A stretch of DNA of 64,000 nt. Source: Parcubacteria group bacterium (GTDB lineage: Bacteria; Patescibacteriota; Minisyncoccia; SW-4-49-11). The stretch lies in the NCBI GenBank assembly GCA_943354045.1, contig CALRBF010000001.1, forward strand, positions 4,046 to 68,045. Direction: 5' to 3'. The position numbers and the translations under genes were made by a program. The notes beneath the pieces were generated by a model that searched no databases, was not told the DNA's origin, and was given only the letters and a program-made list of their open reading frames with translations. Of the stretch, positions 9,882 to 19,997 are shown piece by piece; the stretch's first letter is position 1; each line of letters opens with the position of its first letter.

Positions 9882-10100
9882 TTATGGAGACACTTGCTGA
9901 GAAAGCTCAAGAATTTGAGATACCAGAAAATCTCTTTTATCTTCTCCAAATGATACTTGGAGTCGACTTCCAAGCTCTTCTTCTGAAATGCACAAATTAG
10001 CATATTCAGCAAGAAGATCAAGTTTTCGATTGTCGAAATAATCAAGGAAATGATCTCGTAGTTGAGATTCTGAGGGGACCTCAATAAGGCTCGTAGACAT
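9882..10100 (-). CDS. Small hypothetical protein (72 aa)
   Basis: ORF with about 40% GC, slightly above the local average. A hairpin plus T-run terminator sits at ~9830-9856 on the minus strand. Confidence 0.3.
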   Translation of the reverse strand: MSTSLIEVPSESQLRDHFLDYFDNRKLDLLAEYANLCISEEELGSRLQVSFGEDKRDFLVSQILELSQQVSP

Positions 10101-10151
10101 ATCAAAGAAAGTGCAAAGTCTCCTATATACTATGTATAAATCATCATTTTG

Positions 10152-11123
10152 TCAAGCTTTTTTATACCAAGCTCTATATATAATTACCAATAATGGGGAG
10201 GCGATGAATATAGATGAATAGGCTCCAAAGAAAGTCCCGAGGAATAAAGCTAAAGCAAAATATTTGACTGATGCCCCTCCAAAAAAGAATATAGCTCCCA
10301 GCACTACCAATAATGAAACCGAGGTATTAATAGATCTGGTAAAGGTTTGATCAATGCTTTTACCTACTGTCTCTTCAAAATTATCTCCTCCATAACGACG
10401 TACATTTTCTCGAATTCTATCAAAAACAACAATAGTATCATTGATGGAAGCCCCTAATATGGATAATAAGGCAATCACAAATAATATATCGATTTGTAAT
10501 ATACCAAGATAGGAAATATAGGCAAATACTCCTGTTGGTATTACAATATCATGAATAAGAGCAATAATAGCTGTGAGTCCATAATAGCGAGAAGGTACTG
10601 GATAGGAAACTCCACGGAATACATAGGTTATAAAGATTACAATCACAATTAATACAATGACAATAGCAATTAAAGCTCTATTTTTTAACTCTGATCCAAT
10701 ACTAGAGCTAATTAGAGAATTAGATTGTTCTTTTATAATATCAGCTTTTGCAATTTCCTCAGTATCATATTTTACTGAAATATCTTGCTTTAATGTAGTG
10801 TATTGCTCATCATTAATAGGTTCTAATTCAATACGAAATACTGCATTGTCTTGTTTTGTCACAATTCTTGGTTTTTGTCCTTTTTCGCTAAGAGCTTTTG
10901 TTAATTCCTCAGTTGATAAATTAGTTTGACTCGCAATTTTCCATTCTACTGTTCTCCCGCCAATAAAATCAGGTCCTAGTCTCAGACCAAATACTACAAG
11001 ACTAATAATAGAGGTAATTATTAGTACCAATCCTATTATTAACCATATTCTTGTATGTCGTATAATCCACATAATTATTTCTGTAAGGTAATAAAGCGAC
11101 CAAATTTTGTCTTTAATAACCAT
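10152..11123 (-). CDS. secF: Protein-export membrane protein SecF
   Basis: Six TMs with a periplasmic domain. C-terminal SecF-like TM bundle. Immediately downstream of secD, with an overlap. Confidence 0.8.
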   Translation of the reverse strand: MVIKDKIWSLYYLTEIIMWIIRHTRIWLIIGLVLIITSIISLVVFGLRLGPDFIGGRTVEWKIASQTNLSTEELTKALSEKGQKPRIVTKQDNAVFRIELEPINDEQYTTLKQDISVKYDTEEIAKADIIKEQSNSLISSSIGSELKNRALIAIVIVLIVIVIFITYVFRGVSYPVPSRYYGLTAIIALIHDIVIPTGVFAYISYLGILQIDILFVIALLSILGASINDTIVVFDRIRENVRRYGGDNFEETVGKSIDQTFTRSINTSVSLLVVLGAIFFFGGASVKYFALALFLGTFFGAYSSIFIASPLLVIIYRAWYKKA

Positions 11124-12625
11124 TCTTGATATCCTAGCAAGGTTACTAATAATCTACTCACTGTAATAGCTGTGAATAAACTCATTCCAATCCCAATAAC
11201 AAGAGTAGTTCCAAATCCTCTCACTACTCCAGAAGCTAAATAAAATAAGATAAGAGCAGATATTAAGGTAGATATATGAGAATCTCGAATTGATTCCCAA
11301 GCTCGCTTAAATCCTTCTTTTGCACTTGCCTCAAAATCCCGCCCATTAGCGAGTTCCTCCTTCATACGCTCGAATATCAAGATATTACCATCCACTGCAA
11401 TGCCAATACTTACAATAAATCCGGTAATCCCCGCTATTGTCAAAGTAAATCCTAGTATATTAAATATGGCTAGCACCAATATAGCATATACTCCTAAAGC
11501 AATTACCGCAATCACCCCCAAACCTCGATAAAAGAGTATCATAAATATAGCAACAAATAATAATCCAAATCCTCCAGCTCTAATACTTTGATATAATGAC
11601 TCAGTACCGAGGCTTGCTTGTATAATTTGTTGTGAAGCAATGGTAATTGGTACAGGCAAGGCTCCTGAATTCAAATAATCAACCAATTCCTTGGCACCTT
11701 GAGCAGTAAAGTCTCCAGATATTGTTGCCTGTCCATTAGGTATTTCTTGATTAATTCGAGGAGCACTCACAACTTGACCATCTAGAACAATATAAAGAAT
11801 TTTTCCAATATTATCCCGGGTAAATTCAGCAAATTTCTTCTTCCCCTCATCATCAAATTTAATACCTACTTGTGGTTGTGCAGTTTGTGGATCAAAAATA
11901 ACTTGAGCATTATCAAGATTTTGTCCTGTTAATACTGGAGATCCGATAAAATCAAGATTTTTTAAATTTTCTAGATTCTCTAGATTACCGCTTTGTATCT
12001 GCTCTATAATTTTTTGCCTTTCTTCTGGGGGTCTTACTTTATCAAAAAACTCTAAAGTTGGAGTTTGTCCAATTTGCTTAATTGCTTGCTCTGGATCTTT
12101 AATCCCTGCAAGCTCTACTACTAATCGGGTTTTATCTCCTTGTTCAATATAAATACGTGGCTCACTGACTCCAAAAGAATCTACTCTTTGGGTTACAACT
12201 TTTTGTAAACTCTCTAAGGCTTGTTTTTGATCAGGTCCCGCTATCTCTTTTAAATCAACATCATATACCACTCTTACTCCCCCCTGTAAGTCGAGACCTA
12301 GTATAAAGGTATTATTTGGTAATGGTGGAATATCTCTTTGAGATAGCCATTGATCAAATCCTCGAGACTTAAATGGTAAGTTTCCCCATTGAGATACCTT
12401 GTCTGAAGCTTTATTAATCCCATCAACAACCTTATTAATTGGCTGTGGATAAATATAAAATAATGCAAATAATGTTAATATAAGAACTCCAATTGATTGT
12501 CTTATGACATTTCCTTTTTTGGTTTTCCCTTTAATACAATACCAAATAAATCGTCCTATTTTATCAAATGGGTACCAAATTATTTTGAGTATATTCCCTG
12601 GTAGTCGTTTCAGCCAATTCAGCAT
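11075..12625 (-). CDS. secD: Protein-export membrane protein SecD
   Basis: 516 aa. Large periplasmic domain plus a C-terminal RND-like TM bundle ('GLGVIAVIALGVYAILVLAIF...'). Confidence 0.8.
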   Translation of the reverse strand: MLNWLKRLPGNILKIIWYPFDKIGRFIWYCIKGKTKKGNVIRQSIGVLILTLFALFYIYPQPINKVVDGINKASDKVSQWGNLPFKSRGFDQWLSQRDIPPLPNNTFILGLDLQGGVRVVYDVDLKEIAGPDQKQALESLQKVVTQRVDSFGVSEPRIYIEQGDKTRLVVELAGIKDPEQAIKQIGQTPTLEFFDKVRPPEERQKIIEQIQSGNLENLENLKNLDFIGSPVLTGQNLDNAQVIFDPQTAQPQVGIKFDDEGKKKFAEFTRDNIGKILYIVLDGQVVSAPRINQEIPNGQATISGDFTAQGAKELVDYLNSGALPVPITIASQQIIQASLGTESLYQSIRAGGFGLLFVAIFMILFYRGLGVIAVIALGVYAILVLAIFNILGFTLTIAGITGFIVSIGIAVDGNILIFERMKEELANGRDFEASAKEGFKRAWESIRDSHISTLISALILFYLASGVVRGFGTTLVIGIGMSLFTAITVSRLLVTLLGYQEWLLKTKFGRFITLQK

Positions 12626-12648
12626 AGTCGTATATTTTTGTAGATGTT

Positions 12649-12927
12649 TTATGCACCCATACCCATTTCTGAGGCTACTTCTTTTTGTAAATCTTTCTTT
12701 GCTGATTCAATTACTTCAATAATAGTCTTTTCTAATTTTGACTTATCTTGTAGCAATTCATCACTAATTTTCAACTCTTTAATAGCTTGAGTCCCATCAA
12801 GAGTAATAGTAATTCCTTTTTCTTCTTTAGTAATTCTTTTCTTTGCTAATTTCTTTTGCAATTTTTGCATTTCTGAAAATTGAGAAAACATTTCTTTTGC
12901 TTGATTGAAACCATCGAACATACCCAT
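12649..12927 (-). CDS. ybaB: YbaB/EbfC-family nucleoid-associated protein
   Basis: 92 aa. 'MGMFDGF..AKEM..QKLQKKL.....T..G.V' shows the typical YbaB pattern. Confidence 0.75.
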   Translation of the reverse strand: MGMFDGFNQAKEMFSQFSEMQKLQKKLAKKRITKEEKGITITLDGTQAIKELKISDELLQDKSKLEKTIIEVIESAKKDLQKEVASEMGMGA

Positions 12928-12990
12928 ATTGATATATCTTAAATCTTATTATAATATTTAGTATATCAGATAATTGAATATTTGAGAATA

Positions 12991-14121
12991 CTATTGTTCC
13001 AATAATAATTTTTTATACAAGTCATAGGTTTGACTTGCCATCTTTTCCCAAGTAAATATTTTTGATCGCTTTAATCCTTTATCTTTATATTCCTTTGAGA
13101 ATAAAGGATTATGTACAAAAAATGTAATAGCCTTAGTTATAGCTTCAATATCATATGGATCTACCAAAACTCCAGCATCTCCTACAATTTCTGGCAAACA
13201 AGAAGTATTAGAACTAATTACGGGAGTATTCAAACTCATAGCTTCAATAATAGGTATTCCAAACCCTTCATACAGACTCAAGAATATAAAAGCTTTTGCT
13301 TGTTTTAATAAAATAATTTTCTCATCATTGGTAATAAATCCAACAAAAATAACTTTGTCTGCAATTTCATATTCTGCTATTACAGCATCAATTTGAGTAT
13401 CATAATTATATCCTTTACCCCCTGCAATTACAAAATGTAAATTACTCTCAGGATGAGTTTTGAGATATTCAGCAAAAGCTTTGAGAGCTGTTGGGATATT
13501 TTTACGTGGCTGCAAACTCCCGAGATACAAAATATAATCTTGTTTTAAGGCTTCTCTTACGCCTGAGGAAGTATTAATCACAGGTGGAATATGTTGAATA
13601 TTTCCTCCATTATAAATACTTACTATTTTACTTGCATCCGTTCCAAAAATATTTTGAATTGCATAGCGAGAATACTGAGAAACTGTAATAATAGCATCAG
13701 ATTTTTTGATTGAAGGAGGAATTAATATATTTAATAATAATCTATCCTTCAATTGAATATGTTCAGGTACAAATTTCCATGAAATATCGTGAATTGTACT
13801 AATTAATTTGGTGTATTTAGGTAAAAAGAATAATGGAGCAATATATTGAATATGTAATAAATCTATATGATACTTTTCACAAGCTTTTGGCAATAGGTAT
13901 TCTGTCCATAATAATTTTGATTTAGGAAGAAGTGGAATCACTTTCCAATTGGATGATAAATTCCGTAAATTCCCTACTTGATACCAATCTTCAGTATCGG
14001 TGAACAAATAAAATGTATGCCCTGTATCTAATTTCATTAATCCTTTGACAAGCTCCAAAGTATACACCTCATCCCCTGTTCTATTCTTGCCAATTGCCCG
14101 TATGTCTATCGCGATATTCAT
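12991..14121 (-). CDS. Glycosyltransferase, GT-B fold (family GT4-like)
   Basis: C-terminal 'EGFGIPIIEAMSLNTPVISSNTSCLPEIVGDAG' is a GT1/GT4 signature. Confidence 0.75.
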   Translation of the reverse strand: MNIAIDIRAIGKNRTGDEVYTLELVKGLMKLDTGHTFYLFTDTEDWYQVGNLRNLSSNWKVIPLLPKSKLLWTEYLLPKACEKYHIDLLHIQYIAPLFFLPKYTKLISTIHDISWKFVPEHIQLKDRLLLNILIPPSIKKSDAIITVSQYSRYAIQNIFGTDASKIVSIYNGGNIQHIPPVINTSSGVREALKQDYILYLGSLQPRKNIPTALKAFAEYLKTHPESNLHFVIAGGKGYNYDTQIDAVIAEYEIADKVIFVGFITNDEKIILLKQAKAFIFLSLYEGFGIPIIEAMSLNTPVISSNTSCLPEIVGDAGVLVDPYDIEAITKAITFFVHNPLFSKEYKDKGLKRSKIFTWEKMASQTYDLYKKLLLEQ

Positions 14122-14123
14122 AT

Positions 14124-16037
14124 CTATTCTTTAAAACCTCTATTCTGATAATACCATTCATATACCTTTTTAGTAATAGGTATTGTAGTCTGAAAACTTT
14201 CATCTCCTTCTTCTACTAATACAATCATTGAAATTTTAGGATTTTCCACTGGGCCATAAGAAACAAACCAAGAATTATTTTTCTCTTTACCCGTTTGGGC
14301 TGTTCCTGTTTTCCCTGCCGTAGTAAAAGGCAATGATTGTAGTTGATAACCTGTTCCATCGGTAATAGTTTGTCTCATCCCTTCTTTTACTATAGCATAG
14401 TTTTCGGGAGATACTGATATTGTCTGTAATAATTCTTTTGTTTTCATATTTTTTTCACCCCCATCTTCCCCCTTAATACGACTATATATATGAGGTTTAT
14501 ATAAGTTTCCTCCATTAGCTACGGCATTAATTCCATTCAAAATTTGTAAGGGAGTTGCTGCCATACCACCCTGCCCAATTGCTGCATTATATGTGTCTCC
14601 TAAAAGCCAAGATTCATTTTTTGCTTGTTTTTTCCAAGCAGGATCAGCTATATTCCCATTTGATTCCCCAGTCAAATCTATTTGTGTGAGCGAACCAAAC
14701 CCATAATCACGATAATACTCAGCTAATTTATCAATACCAAGCCCTTTTTGCTTATTAGGAATACCTCCTACAAAGGTATAATAAAATACATTTACAGAGT
14801 CAGAAATTGACTTATATACATTAGCAATACCATGAATTTTCCAGTCTGGGTAGATAAAAGGTTGATCTGGATTATAAGGATTATCTACTACTAGTCTACC
14901 TAAAGGGTCATTAATTGTTGTGTTAGCATTAATAATCCCCTCTTGTAATAGACCTGAAGCTATCATCGGCTTAACTGTTGAGGCAGGCGCATATTCTCCT
15001 CCAATACATCGATTCAATAACGGTTTATCTTTATTTTCAATCAATGCAGTATAGTCTTGCTGACTAATACCCTTACTAAATAAATTATTATCAAAGCTAG
15101 GTAAACTAACCATAGCAAGCACTTCCGCATTTCGTGGGTTCATAATAATACCAGCCCCCCGTGTTAATTGTTTTTGATTCAGCACCTCTTGTATAGAATC
15201 CTGTAAAACTTTTTGTAATTCGCTATCAATAGTCAATTGTATAGATTCTCCATTACGAGGAGATTTCAAAGGAATATCACTATTGCGTGGGTTTTTGAGT
15301 CCATATTCCCCTTTCAGCTTTGTCTCATATACTTTTTCTAATCCTAATTTTCCAATACTATCATCCCGTACATAACGAGGATTAGCTTCAATATCAGCCT
15401 CAGACAATCTCCCAGTATATCCCATTAAATGAGAAAAATAAAAGGGATCTTTATATGTTCGGTTACTCGATTGTTTAAGCTCAAATCCAGGATATTTTTC
15501 TTGACTTACTTCAAAAGTAATTGCTTGTTCTTGTGTTATATTGTCAATTAACATTATTTCATTGTCTGAACTCTCTAAAGCTTTCTCTACCAATATATTA
15601 TCCAGAGAAAAGAAAGCCTTCATATCGGCAATAATTTGATTTTTTTTCTCTATATCTGTTGGTAAAACCTCACGGTTTAATATTAAAGAGAATACTACCT
15701 GATTATAAGCTAAAATGATCCCATTTCTATCATATATATTCCCTCTTAAGGGTTTAATATAACTTTGACTTACAATACGCTCTTGTGTTTTTTGTTGATT
15801 AGCTGAAGCTAAAAATTGCAATTGAAAAACTCTTGCCCATAATATACCTATGACAACTAAAATAAGAATTGCTAACCCTATTAAATAGCGCGAATTATCG
15901 AGCCCCGAAATATACAAAGCAGAACTCCCCTCCTGATCAAGGTATAAATCTTCTGGAGTAATATCATTATCAATTAAATTCTTCATATATTTTATATTTA
16001 TCAGCAATATACAAGAATATCGTAATAGCGACACCAT
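14124..16037 (-). CDS. mrdA: Penicillin-binding protein 2 (elongasome transpeptidase). The true start is probably the internal Met near 15985.
   Basis: N-terminal TM, PBP dimerisation domain and a transpeptidase containing 'KTGTA'. Sits immediately downstream of mreBCD. Confidence 0.8.
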   Translation of the reverse strand: MVSLLRYSCILLINIKYMKNLIDNDITPEDLYLDQEGSSALYISGLDNSRYLIGLAILILVVIGILWARVFQLQFLASANQQKTQERIVSQSYIKPLRGNIYDRNGIILAYNQVVFSLILNREVLPTDIEKKNQIIADMKAFFSLDNILVEKALESSDNEIMLIDNITQEQAITFEVSQEKYPGFELKQSSNRTYKDPFYFSHLMGYTGRLSEADIEANPRYVRDDSIGKLGLEKVYETKLKGEYGLKNPRNSDIPLKSPRNGESIQLTIDSELQKVLQDSIQEVLNQKQLTRGAGIIMNPRNAEVLAMVSLPSFDNNLFSKGISQQDYTALIENKDKPLLNRCIGGEYAPASTVKPMIASGLLQEGIINANTTINDPLGRLVVDNPYNPDQPFIYPDWKIHGIANVYKSISDSVNVFYYTFVGGIPNKQKGLGIDKLAEYYRDYGFGSLTQIDLTGESNGNIADPAWKKQAKNESWLLGDTYNAAIGQGGMAATPLQILNGINAVANGGNLYKPHIYSRIKGEDGGEKNMKTKELLQTISVSPENYAIVKEGMRQTITDGTGYQLQSLPFTTAGKTGTAQTGKEKNNSWFVSYGPVENPKISMIVLVEEGDESFQTTIPITKKVYEWYYQNRGFKE

Positions 16038-16398
16038 TAATAAATGTATATATAAGTAAATTCCAATAATCTTTTGGTATACCGATAATAATTATTTTAC
16101 TTATAATTAAAAATACGGTAGCTAATATTCCTTGTACTGCCCAGCCTCTATCGAGGAATATACTTGCAATATAAACTCCTAATAACCATATTCCATAATA
16201 CAAAGCATTATGCCACCACAAAGTAATACTGGTTTGCTGCAATACTAACACAATAATAATCAGCCATATCATCACTGTCCAATATTGTTTAGCCAATATA
16301 TACATTACTAGTGGTCCTAAATATAAAATGGGAACCCATATGAGAGGGATATATATATGTATACATAATCCTAATAATATAATAATCCCAAGGAACAT
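15970..16398 (-). CDS. mreD: Rod shape-determining protein MreD
   Basis: 142-aa polytopic membrane protein between mreC and PBP2. Confidence 0.6.
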   Translation of the reverse strand: MFLGIIILLGLCIHIYIPLIWVPILYLGPLVMYILAKQYWTVMIWLIIIVLVLQQTSITLWWHNALYYGIWLLGVYIASIFLDRGWAVQGILATVFLIISKIIIIGIPKDYWNLLIYTFINGVAITIFLYIADKYKIYEEFN

Positions 16399-16400
16399 AT

Positions 16401-17126
16401 TTATGTCTTTAGAATAAATACTTCCGTCAATTGATAAAAATTAATTGGATAATCAACAATAATACGATGAAATAAATCACCTTCTGAAATATCTTTAATT
16501 TTGCCCGCTAATAATCCTGCGGGTATTGTCTCAGTCGGGGTAGTAATAATATTTTGATCTTTTGCAATAGAATCTAATTTAGGTACAGAATTAACCTCCA
16601 AAACATTACCGTATTCTGATTTCAAAATACCTTGAGAGGGATTATCTGTTTGTATTTGAACGGCGATTTTACTATTTGCATCATTTAAAAATTGAATTTT
16701 ACTTGAAAATTCAGATACTTCTTTCACTTGCCCCACCAAATACCCCAAATAAATAACAGGTTGATTTACCCGGACACCCTCTTTAGACCCCACAGCAACA
16801 GTGGCAGAGCTACGAGTAAAATCATTATCAAATGTCACAATTTTAGCCTGTATGGGAGTAATTCCTGTGTCATTCTTAGTTACAATAGCACTTTTTAATA
16901 GTTCATTTTCAGATTTTAGATATAATAAACTTGCCAATTCTGATTCAAGAGAAGTAATTTTTGATTGTAATTGTTCTGGAGATTCATTGGACTGATTTTG
17001 TGCAAAAACAGGTTTAATGAGAGGTAATTTTTGCACAATTTTAGGAATAGAGCCTGTTAATACAAGAGCTCCTATGATTAGGAGTATAACCCCCGCTAAT
17101 ATGAGTGATATAGGCTGTTTTCTCAT
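16401..17126 (-). CDS. mreC: Rod shape-determining protein MreC
   Basis: N-terminal TM, a coiled-coil, then a beta-rich domain. Follows mreB. Confidence 0.75.
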   Translation of the reverse strand: MRKQPISLILAGVILLIIGALVLTGSIPKIVQKLPLIKPVFAQNQSNESPEQLQSKITSLESELASLLYLKSENELLKSAIVTKNDTGITPIQAKIVTFDNDFTRSSATVAVGSKEGVRVNQPVIYLGYLVGQVKEVSEFSSKIQFLNDANSKIAVQIQTDNPSQGILKSEYGNVLEVNSVPKLDSIAKDQNIITTPTETIPAGLLAGKIKDISEGDLFHRIIVDYPINFYQLTEVFILKT

Positions 17127-18226
17127 ATATAACTTTTTCCTTTACGGTCAATATCCAATGGTATTAATAACTCTTTAAGAGAATCTATATCCTCTAATAC
17201 CATACCGGTACCCCTTACTACTACAGTGAGTGGATCTGAGGCAATCAAAGTTGGTACTCGCGTAATATTAGTAATCAAAATATCTAATCCTTTGAGTAAT
17301 GCTCCCCCTCCAGCAAGAATAATTCCTCTCTCCATAATATCTCCGATAAGTTCTGGAGGTGTTTCTTCAATAGAGGTTTTGACTGTATTTGCAATTTGCA
17401 TAATAGAATTTGCCATAGCTTTTCTAATATCAGTATCATTAACAATAATTTCTTTTGGAAGTCCAGATATAATATCTCTTCCTTTAATGCCCATTTCGAG
17501 AGACTCACTAAGAGTATAGGCAGAGCCAATATTCATCTTGACATTCTCAGCCGTACGCTCTCCAATAGCTAATTTATAATGAGTTCGAATATACCGAATA
17601 ATATCACTATTCAATTTATCTCCCGCCACTCTCAAACTTTTGGATATAACCACACCCCCAAGAGACATAACAGCAATTTCGGTAGTACCTCCTCCAATAT
17701 CTACAATAATACTTCCGGTAGCCTCTTGAATAGGAAGACGAGCCCCAATAGCAGCCGCAATTGGCTCTTCAATCAAATATACTTCTCGTACTCCTGCATT
17801 ACGGGTAGCATCATATACCGCTCGCTTTTCTACTTCAGTAACCCCTGATGGAATACCCACTACCACTCGAGTTTTCCACTGATGAAAAAACCCTCTCTGA
17901 GTAACCTTATTAATAAAGTATTTCAACATTTGCTCTGTTACTTCAAAGTCTGACACTACCCCATTAACGAGTGGGCGTGTAGCTACGATATGAGCTGGGG
18001 TTCTACCCACCATAGTCTTGGCATCTTGTCCAATAGCAAGCACTTGCCCACTTTTTTGATTAATAGCCACAACTGATGGTTCATTGATGACAATACCCCT
18101 ATTTTTGACATATACCAGGGTGTTGGCTGTACCCAAATCAATACCGATATCTTGTCCAAATGAGCTCCATATACCAGACAGTACTTTTAATTGAGATTTT
18201 GATTCAGTCTTTCTCTTCATATACAT
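17123..18226 (-). CDS. mreB: Rod shape-determining protein MreB (actin homolog)
   Basis: 'IGIDLGTANTLVYV', 'IVDIGGGTTEIAV' and 'GIILAGGGALLKGLD' are actin-fold phosphate and adenosine motifs. Confidence 0.9.
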   Translation of the reverse strand: MYMKRKTESKSQLKVLSGIWSSFGQDIGIDLGTANTLVYVKNRGIVINEPSVVAINQKSGQVLAIGQDAKTMVGRTPAHIVATRPLVNGVVSDFEVTEQMLKYFINKVTQRGFFHQWKTRVVVGIPSGVTEVEKRAVYDATRNAGVREVYLIEEPIAAAIGARLPIQEATGSIIVDIGGGTTEIAVMSLGGVVISKSLRVAGDKLNSDIIRYIRTHYKLAIGERTAENVKMNIGSAYTLSESLEMGIKGRDIISGLPKEIIVNDTDIRKAMANSIMQIANTVKTSIEETPPELIGDIMERGIILAGGGALLKGLDILITNITRVPTLIASDPLTVVVRGTGMVLEDIDSLKELLIPLDIDRKGKSYI

Positions 18227-18258
18227 TCTATTGTATATGATATTCGGTATTATGTAAA

Positions 18259-19962
18259 CTATTGCGTAATACTTTGGAGTACTGTATTAGATAATCGTGT
18301 CGGCCAATAGGTTAGGCGGCGGATGTGGCCGTTAATCTGCAGCGCAGTCCCTTCAATTTTGCCAATCTCTAAAGTATTGATGCCAGTGGGCAATATGACA
18401 CTAGTGTCAGACAATATGCTTTGCTCGACTGGCCTCATCAGTGCAGTATCGTCAGTTTTGTAAGCGAAGGCTATTTTCGCAAGATTGTTCGCAGAGGGTA
18501 TAGAATAGTTACTAGTAGCTTGAGTTACACCTCCGGTGGTGACTGAATATGTACCTGCTCTTATTGTGAACCTGTCGTTGTTTGGTGAGATTGAGTTGTG
18601 GAAGTTGAACAAGCCGTTATTACTGCCAGCGGCTCCAGTGTGACTATATAGCTGAAGTGCAGTACCCTCACTCTGGTTATACCAACCTCCTGGAGTTGTG
18701 GTAAAGTTAGCTCCTGTTATACTAACATTATCCGCATTTCTAGTAGTAACTCCGGTAGTATTAGGATTTATTAAATAGCTTGTTGGAAAACTTCCCAACT
18801 CAAGCTGCCCTCCCCATACAAATATCCCAGAACTTCCATCTCCTGTATATTTCATTTGAGCCGGGGCTCCTGTATCAGACAAATTATTAGGAGTCCCAAT
18901 ACCAACTTGTAAATTAAAGGGGCCTGTAACTGTGGGGGTGGCCGTTACAAAAGCTCTATACCAGCCATTTCCTACTGGAACAATTTTAGTCTGAGTTGTG
19001 TTGCTGGAGACCCCTGTGGATAAATCTAGCCAGCCATTAGCCCCCCAGAAGGCACCTTCCGTAATATTGAGACTATCAAACCAGATAGTAGCAAATGTTC
19101 TCTCCGCTGCCTTTAAATATACCGAAAATGTATATGTAGTACCTGCATTTAATGTAGGTGCTTTAGACACAGATTGTCTTCCGGTTTGTCCATTATTCCC
19201 TATTAATTTATCCGCCGCCTGACTTCCATCAGGAGCAGTGGCAACATTAAGACTTGATGTTGAGGCTGAAAATGCAGATGTCCCAGCAATATTCTCAGAT
19301 TCAAAATAATTATTAGTTCTTGATTCCTCCACCAACAACCCCAGGCTCTCCCCGGTCGTAGGGTTGTGATCGAATCTTGCTTCATTAGCTACTGCTGTCT
19401 TGATGAGGCCATCTTCTCCCACATAGGTACCTGTACTTGCTCTTGTAAAGCTTATGAGATTATTCCCACTTACTCCATCTATTAAACTCTTGTTCTTTGC
19501 AAAATTTAAGTCTAAACTTGGTGTTCCTCCTATATTCCATATAGTATCTCTTGGATGACTTACTTCTATATTATTATTACTTCTCCTTACATAATAATTA
19601 TTACTATCTGATTGCGGTATACTTGCTATATAGGTTGGTACTAATACTCTTAGATCTGTTTTGTTATTACATAAATTAGCTGGGTTTAATGTATCTGTTG
19701 ATTTTTGGCTCCCTGTATTACATATTACTTTTGCTCCTATATCTATTCCTGTTGGGTATTGTCCATTATTATCTATACTATATTGTTGTATTGCTTTTGT
19801 TATACTATTTATCTCTGATCTTCTTTGTGCACTTCTTGCTGATTCTATTTGTTTATTCGGGTTTATTGCCACCAATACTATTGCTGCTAATATCCCTATT
19901 GCCGCTATTACTAATAATATCTCGAGTAGGGTGAAACCTTTGTTTCGTTTGCTCTTTATCAT
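18259..19962 (-). CDS. Large type IV pilin-like (pseudopilin) protein
   Basis: N-terminal class III signal 'KGFTLLEILLVIAAIGILAAIVLVAINP', followed by a ~530-aa beta-rich G/T/S-rich domain. Confidence 0.7.
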   Translation of the reverse strand: MIKSKRNKGFTLLEILLVIAAIGILAAIVLVAINPNKQIESARSAQRRSEINSITKAIQQYSIDNNGQYPTGIDIGAKVICNTGSQKSTDTLNPANLCNNKTDLRVLVPTYIASIPQSDSNNYYVRRSNNNIEVSHPRDTIWNIGGTPSLDLNFAKNKSLIDGVSGNNLISFTRASTGTYVGEDGLIKTAVANEARFDHNPTTGESLGLLVEESRTNNYFESENIAGTSAFSASTSSLNVATAPDGSQAADKLIGNNGQTGRQSVSKAPTLNAGTTYTFSVYLKAAERTFATIWFDSLNITEGAFWGANGWLDLSTGVSSNTTQTKIVPVGNGWYRAFVTATPTVTGPFNLQVGIGTPNNLSDTGAPAQMKYTGDGSSGIFVWGGQLELGSFPTSYLINPNTTGVTTRNADNVSITGANFTTTPGGWYNQSEGTALQLYSHTGAAGSNNGLFNFHNSISPNNDRFTIRAGTYSVTTGGVTQATSNYSIPSANNLAKIAFAYKTDDTALMRPVEQSILSDTSVILPTGINTLEIGKIEGTALQINGHIRRLTYWPTRLSNTVLQSITQ

Positions 19963-19997
19963 AAGAAGTTTTTTATATTAGAGTAACCTTACTATCA

